A stretch of 64,000 bases of DNA from NCBI RefSeq assembly GCF_013004595.1, contig NZ_JABEMC010000001.1:124001-188000 (forward strand), given 5' to 3'. Under the pieces are notes generated by a model. That model did no database searches, was not told where the DNA came from, and saw only the letters and a list, made by a program, of their open reading frames with translations. The position numbers and the translations under genes were made by a program. This DNA is from Brevibacterium luteolum. Lineage in GTDB: Bacteria > Actinomycetota > Actinomycetes > Actinomycetales > Brevibacteriaceae. This document shows positions 63,868 to 64,000 of this stretch, one piece after another; the stretch's first letter is position 1; each line of letters starts with the position of its first letter.

Positions 63868-64000
63868 TCAGACGCGCGGGCCCGAGGGGTTGCTCAGGGC
63901 GCGCTTGAACGCGTTGAGTGCCGACTTGCCGGAGCTGATCGCCGACTGCGGGGTCGGGTTGCCCTTCTTGAGGAACGGCACCGCAATGCCGACGAGGATG
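63868..64000 (-). CDS. 3' end of membrane protein, probably phage-holin-family (DUF1469-like); partial
   Basis: ...ILVGIAVPFLKKGNPTPQSAISSGKSALNAFKRALSNPSGPRV*; identity inferred from conserved neighbourhood. Confidence 0.5.
   Translation of the reverse strand, partial: ILVGIAVPFLKKGNPTPQSAISSGKSALNAFKRALSNPSGPRV

Overview
High-GC actinobacterial chromosome segment. Gene content and order suggest Micrococcales, Brevibacterium-like (inference). Core genes occupy the two ends. Left: tgt, queuosine-precursor transporter, dcp, aldehyde dehydrogenase, L,D-transpeptidase, SRP RNA, TPP riboswitch-tenA and tRNA-Ser(GGA). Right: dnaX-recR, ask-asd, a Znu-type ABC importer, ponA, ridA, crp/glxR and nth. 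Between them lies a ~28 kb variable stretch starting at the tRNA-Ser 3' end, containing secreted/membrane proteins, GntR-soxBDAG, a BCCT transporter, a MacAB-like exporter and a sirtuin. No CRISPR array, prophage or intact transposase was seen. Most notable non-annotated signals: (1) a 389-bp transposase-less element with TGT-starting inverted ends and several internal end-repeats, flanked by a 15-bp duplication of the tRNA-Ser 3' end; (2) a highly over-represented ~24-bp dispersed repeat (core ACCGCCTCGGG) found singly, in tandem arrays, as inverted pairs, and in-frame inside unrelated proteins (PATASG / VPEAV); (3) four TATCGA-N3-TCGATA palindromes upstream of a DUF2975/HTH gene pair; (4) a tgt / DUF2079 / YhhQ / YbaK cluster; (5) a Nudix protein with a degenerate catalytic box next to an inserted DUF222-HNH gene. 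All calls come from manual motif reading; no database searches were run.
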